A stretch of 64,000 bases of DNA. Source: a virus. This document shows, piece after piece, positions 62,787-64,000 of the stretch. The notes under the pieces were generated by a model that saw only the letters and a list, made by a program, of their open reading frames with translations, had not been told where the DNA came from and searched no databases. Made by a program: the position numbers and the translations under genes. Where the stretch lies: IMG/VR virus record IMGVR_UViG_3300037541_000696, positions 1-64,000 of that record. One strand, written 5' to 3'. Positions within the stretch are counted from its first letter, which is position 1. Every line of letters begins with the position of its first letter.

Positions 62787-64000
62787 GTGTCTGATTTTCC
62801 AGCGTCCGCACCTGCTGCTAATCCAGTCTTCTATCGCACTTACAGTCGAAAGGGTGCGCACGGTCGTGAAAGTTGGCAGCAGGTTGTAGATCGCAATCTG
62901 AGCGGGCTGGCGAAGGTTGGCAGACTCACGGATGACCAGGTTGCCTTGCTGCGCAGGATGCAACTGGAGCAAAAAGCATTGCCGTCCGGTCGCTGGCTTT
63001 GGGTTGGTGGTACAGAATGGATCGAAAAACCAGAAAATGTAAGCGGTGCATATAATTGCACATCAACCGATCTAGTTGATTGGCGTGCATTTGCTCTGAT
63101 GATGGATCTAGCGATGATGGGTAGTGGAACTGGTGCCATCATTGAACCACGCATGGTTGATATGTTGCCAGTGATTCGGAATAGGTTGAATGTAACAGTT
63201 ATTGGGGAATTTGGGGACAAGCCTTCTGATCCTGATACAACGTTTAAGCTTGATGCTACTAATGAATCGCTGCAAAATTGGTTTTTGGAGCCAGTTTTGG
63301 GACTTGGTCGCAGTGCGTCGATTCCTGCTGTAGCAATCGAAGTTGGCGATAGCCGCAAGGGATGGGTTGATGCCTATTGGAAAATGTTTGACCTGGCCAG
63401 CAATCCTTTTGATGTGTACCGGGGGGCAGGTAACACCGAAATTTGCGTAACAGTTGATGTTTCAAAAGTCCGCCCATCTGGTGAGCCTTTGAAAGGTTTT
63501 GGCGGCACAGCAAATCCAGTGAGGCTAAAGGATTTGTTTGTTAAAATGGCTGCGATTTTTAACAAAGCTCAAGGTAGGAAGCTTACATCAGTTGAATGTT
63601 GTTTGCTTATAGATGAAGCGGCGTTAGTTGTAGTTGCCGGTAACGTACGTCGCTCAGCCGGAATACGTCAATTCAGCGCAAATGATATTGAAGCAAGTAT
63701 AGCAAAAGACAGCCTATGGCAGCAAGATGAAGATGGTAATTGGCGCATTGATCCTGAGCGTGATGCTTTGCGCATGGCGAATCATACCTTAGTTTATCAT
63801 CATTATCCGACAAAAGAAGAAATTGTAGATTCTGTGCGGAGGCAATTCCTATCAGGCGAAGGTGCAATTATGTTTGCTCCTGAAGCTATTGCGCGTGCAA
63901 ATCGAGACATCTTGCCTGATCGGCAGTTGCAGAGTGATTTTATCTCAGCTTATTGCGACCATAAGCAAAGTGGTGCTGAGATGCTTAAAAGATTGGATCC
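62787..64000 (+). CDS. nrdJ: Class II (B12-dependent) ribonucleotide reductase, runs off window
   Basis: GTG start; PAANPVFYRTYSR, PSGRWLWVGG, AYNC, VGDSRKGW, LKGFGG, VVAGNVRRSA, RMANH. Confidence 0.93.
   Translation, partial: MSDFPASAPAANPVFYRTYSRKGAHGRESWQQVVDRNLSGLAKVGRLTDDQVALLRRMQLEQKALPSGRWLWVGGTEWIEKPENVSGAYNCTSTDLVDWRAFALMMDLAMMGSGTGAIIEPRMVDMLPVIRNRLNVTVIGEFGDKPSDPDTTFKLDATNESLQNWFLEPVLGLGRSASIPAVAIEVGDSRKGWVDAYWKMFDLASNPFDVYRGAGNTEICVTVDVSKVRPSGEPLKGFGGTANPVRLKDLFVKMAAIFNKAQGRKLTSVECCLLIDEAALVVVAGNVRRSAGIRQFSANDIEASIAKDSLWQQDEDGNWRIDPERDALRMANHTLVYHHYPTKEEIVDSVRRQFLSGEGAIMFAPEAIARANRDILPDRQLQSDFISAYCDHKQSGAEMLKRLD

Noticed and set aside
62787-64000. Intron or intein in nrdJ
   Set aside because: Frame is open and conserved motifs are collinear up to the window end.
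1-64000. Integrase, repressor, att site or flanking host DNA
   Set aside because: None recognised in this window; lifestyle cannot be determined from it.

Overview
This 64 kb window is part of a tailed dsDNA phage genome with siphovirus-like features (TP901-type tape measure, tail-chaperone -1 frameshift, no sheath gene seen). It very likely infects a picocyanobacterium of the Synechococcus/Cyanobium type, because it carries NblA-like, cyAbrB-like, cyanobacterial-type ThyX, Tmk, NrdJ and DnaN genes, plus TTTTCCACA DnaA boxes. 1-34.5 kb is the virion region (portal, MuF, neck, tail, scaffold, capsid, fibre, holin-like genes), interrupted by small non-virion modules. 34.5-55.3 kb is mostly minus-strand: recombination, host-takeover/anti-defence (including a DUF1874/AcrIII-1-like ring nuclease) and replication genes. 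55.5-64 kb is plus-strand: two tRNAs, a TerS-like gene, tmk and a truncated nrdJ. The non-coding DNA shows a layered regulatory design. (1) Twelve copies of a CGGGAAAACT late-promoter box lie before virion genes. (2) Fourteen early-type promoters have a 10-bp-period tandem repeat, resembling the host RpaB HLR1 site, at a fixed 33-35 bp from a -10 box. (3) Four GCGAY-loop RNA hairpins occur only in the scaffold and major-capsid leaders. (4) A T-loop-containing structured RNA precedes thyX. (5) A putative antisense RNA overlaps the replication-initiator leader. Three paralogous, extremely basic late proteins share an N-terminal YVRDxxGxF motif, and one ends in a J-domain. Family assignments come from motif recognition by eye, not database searches.
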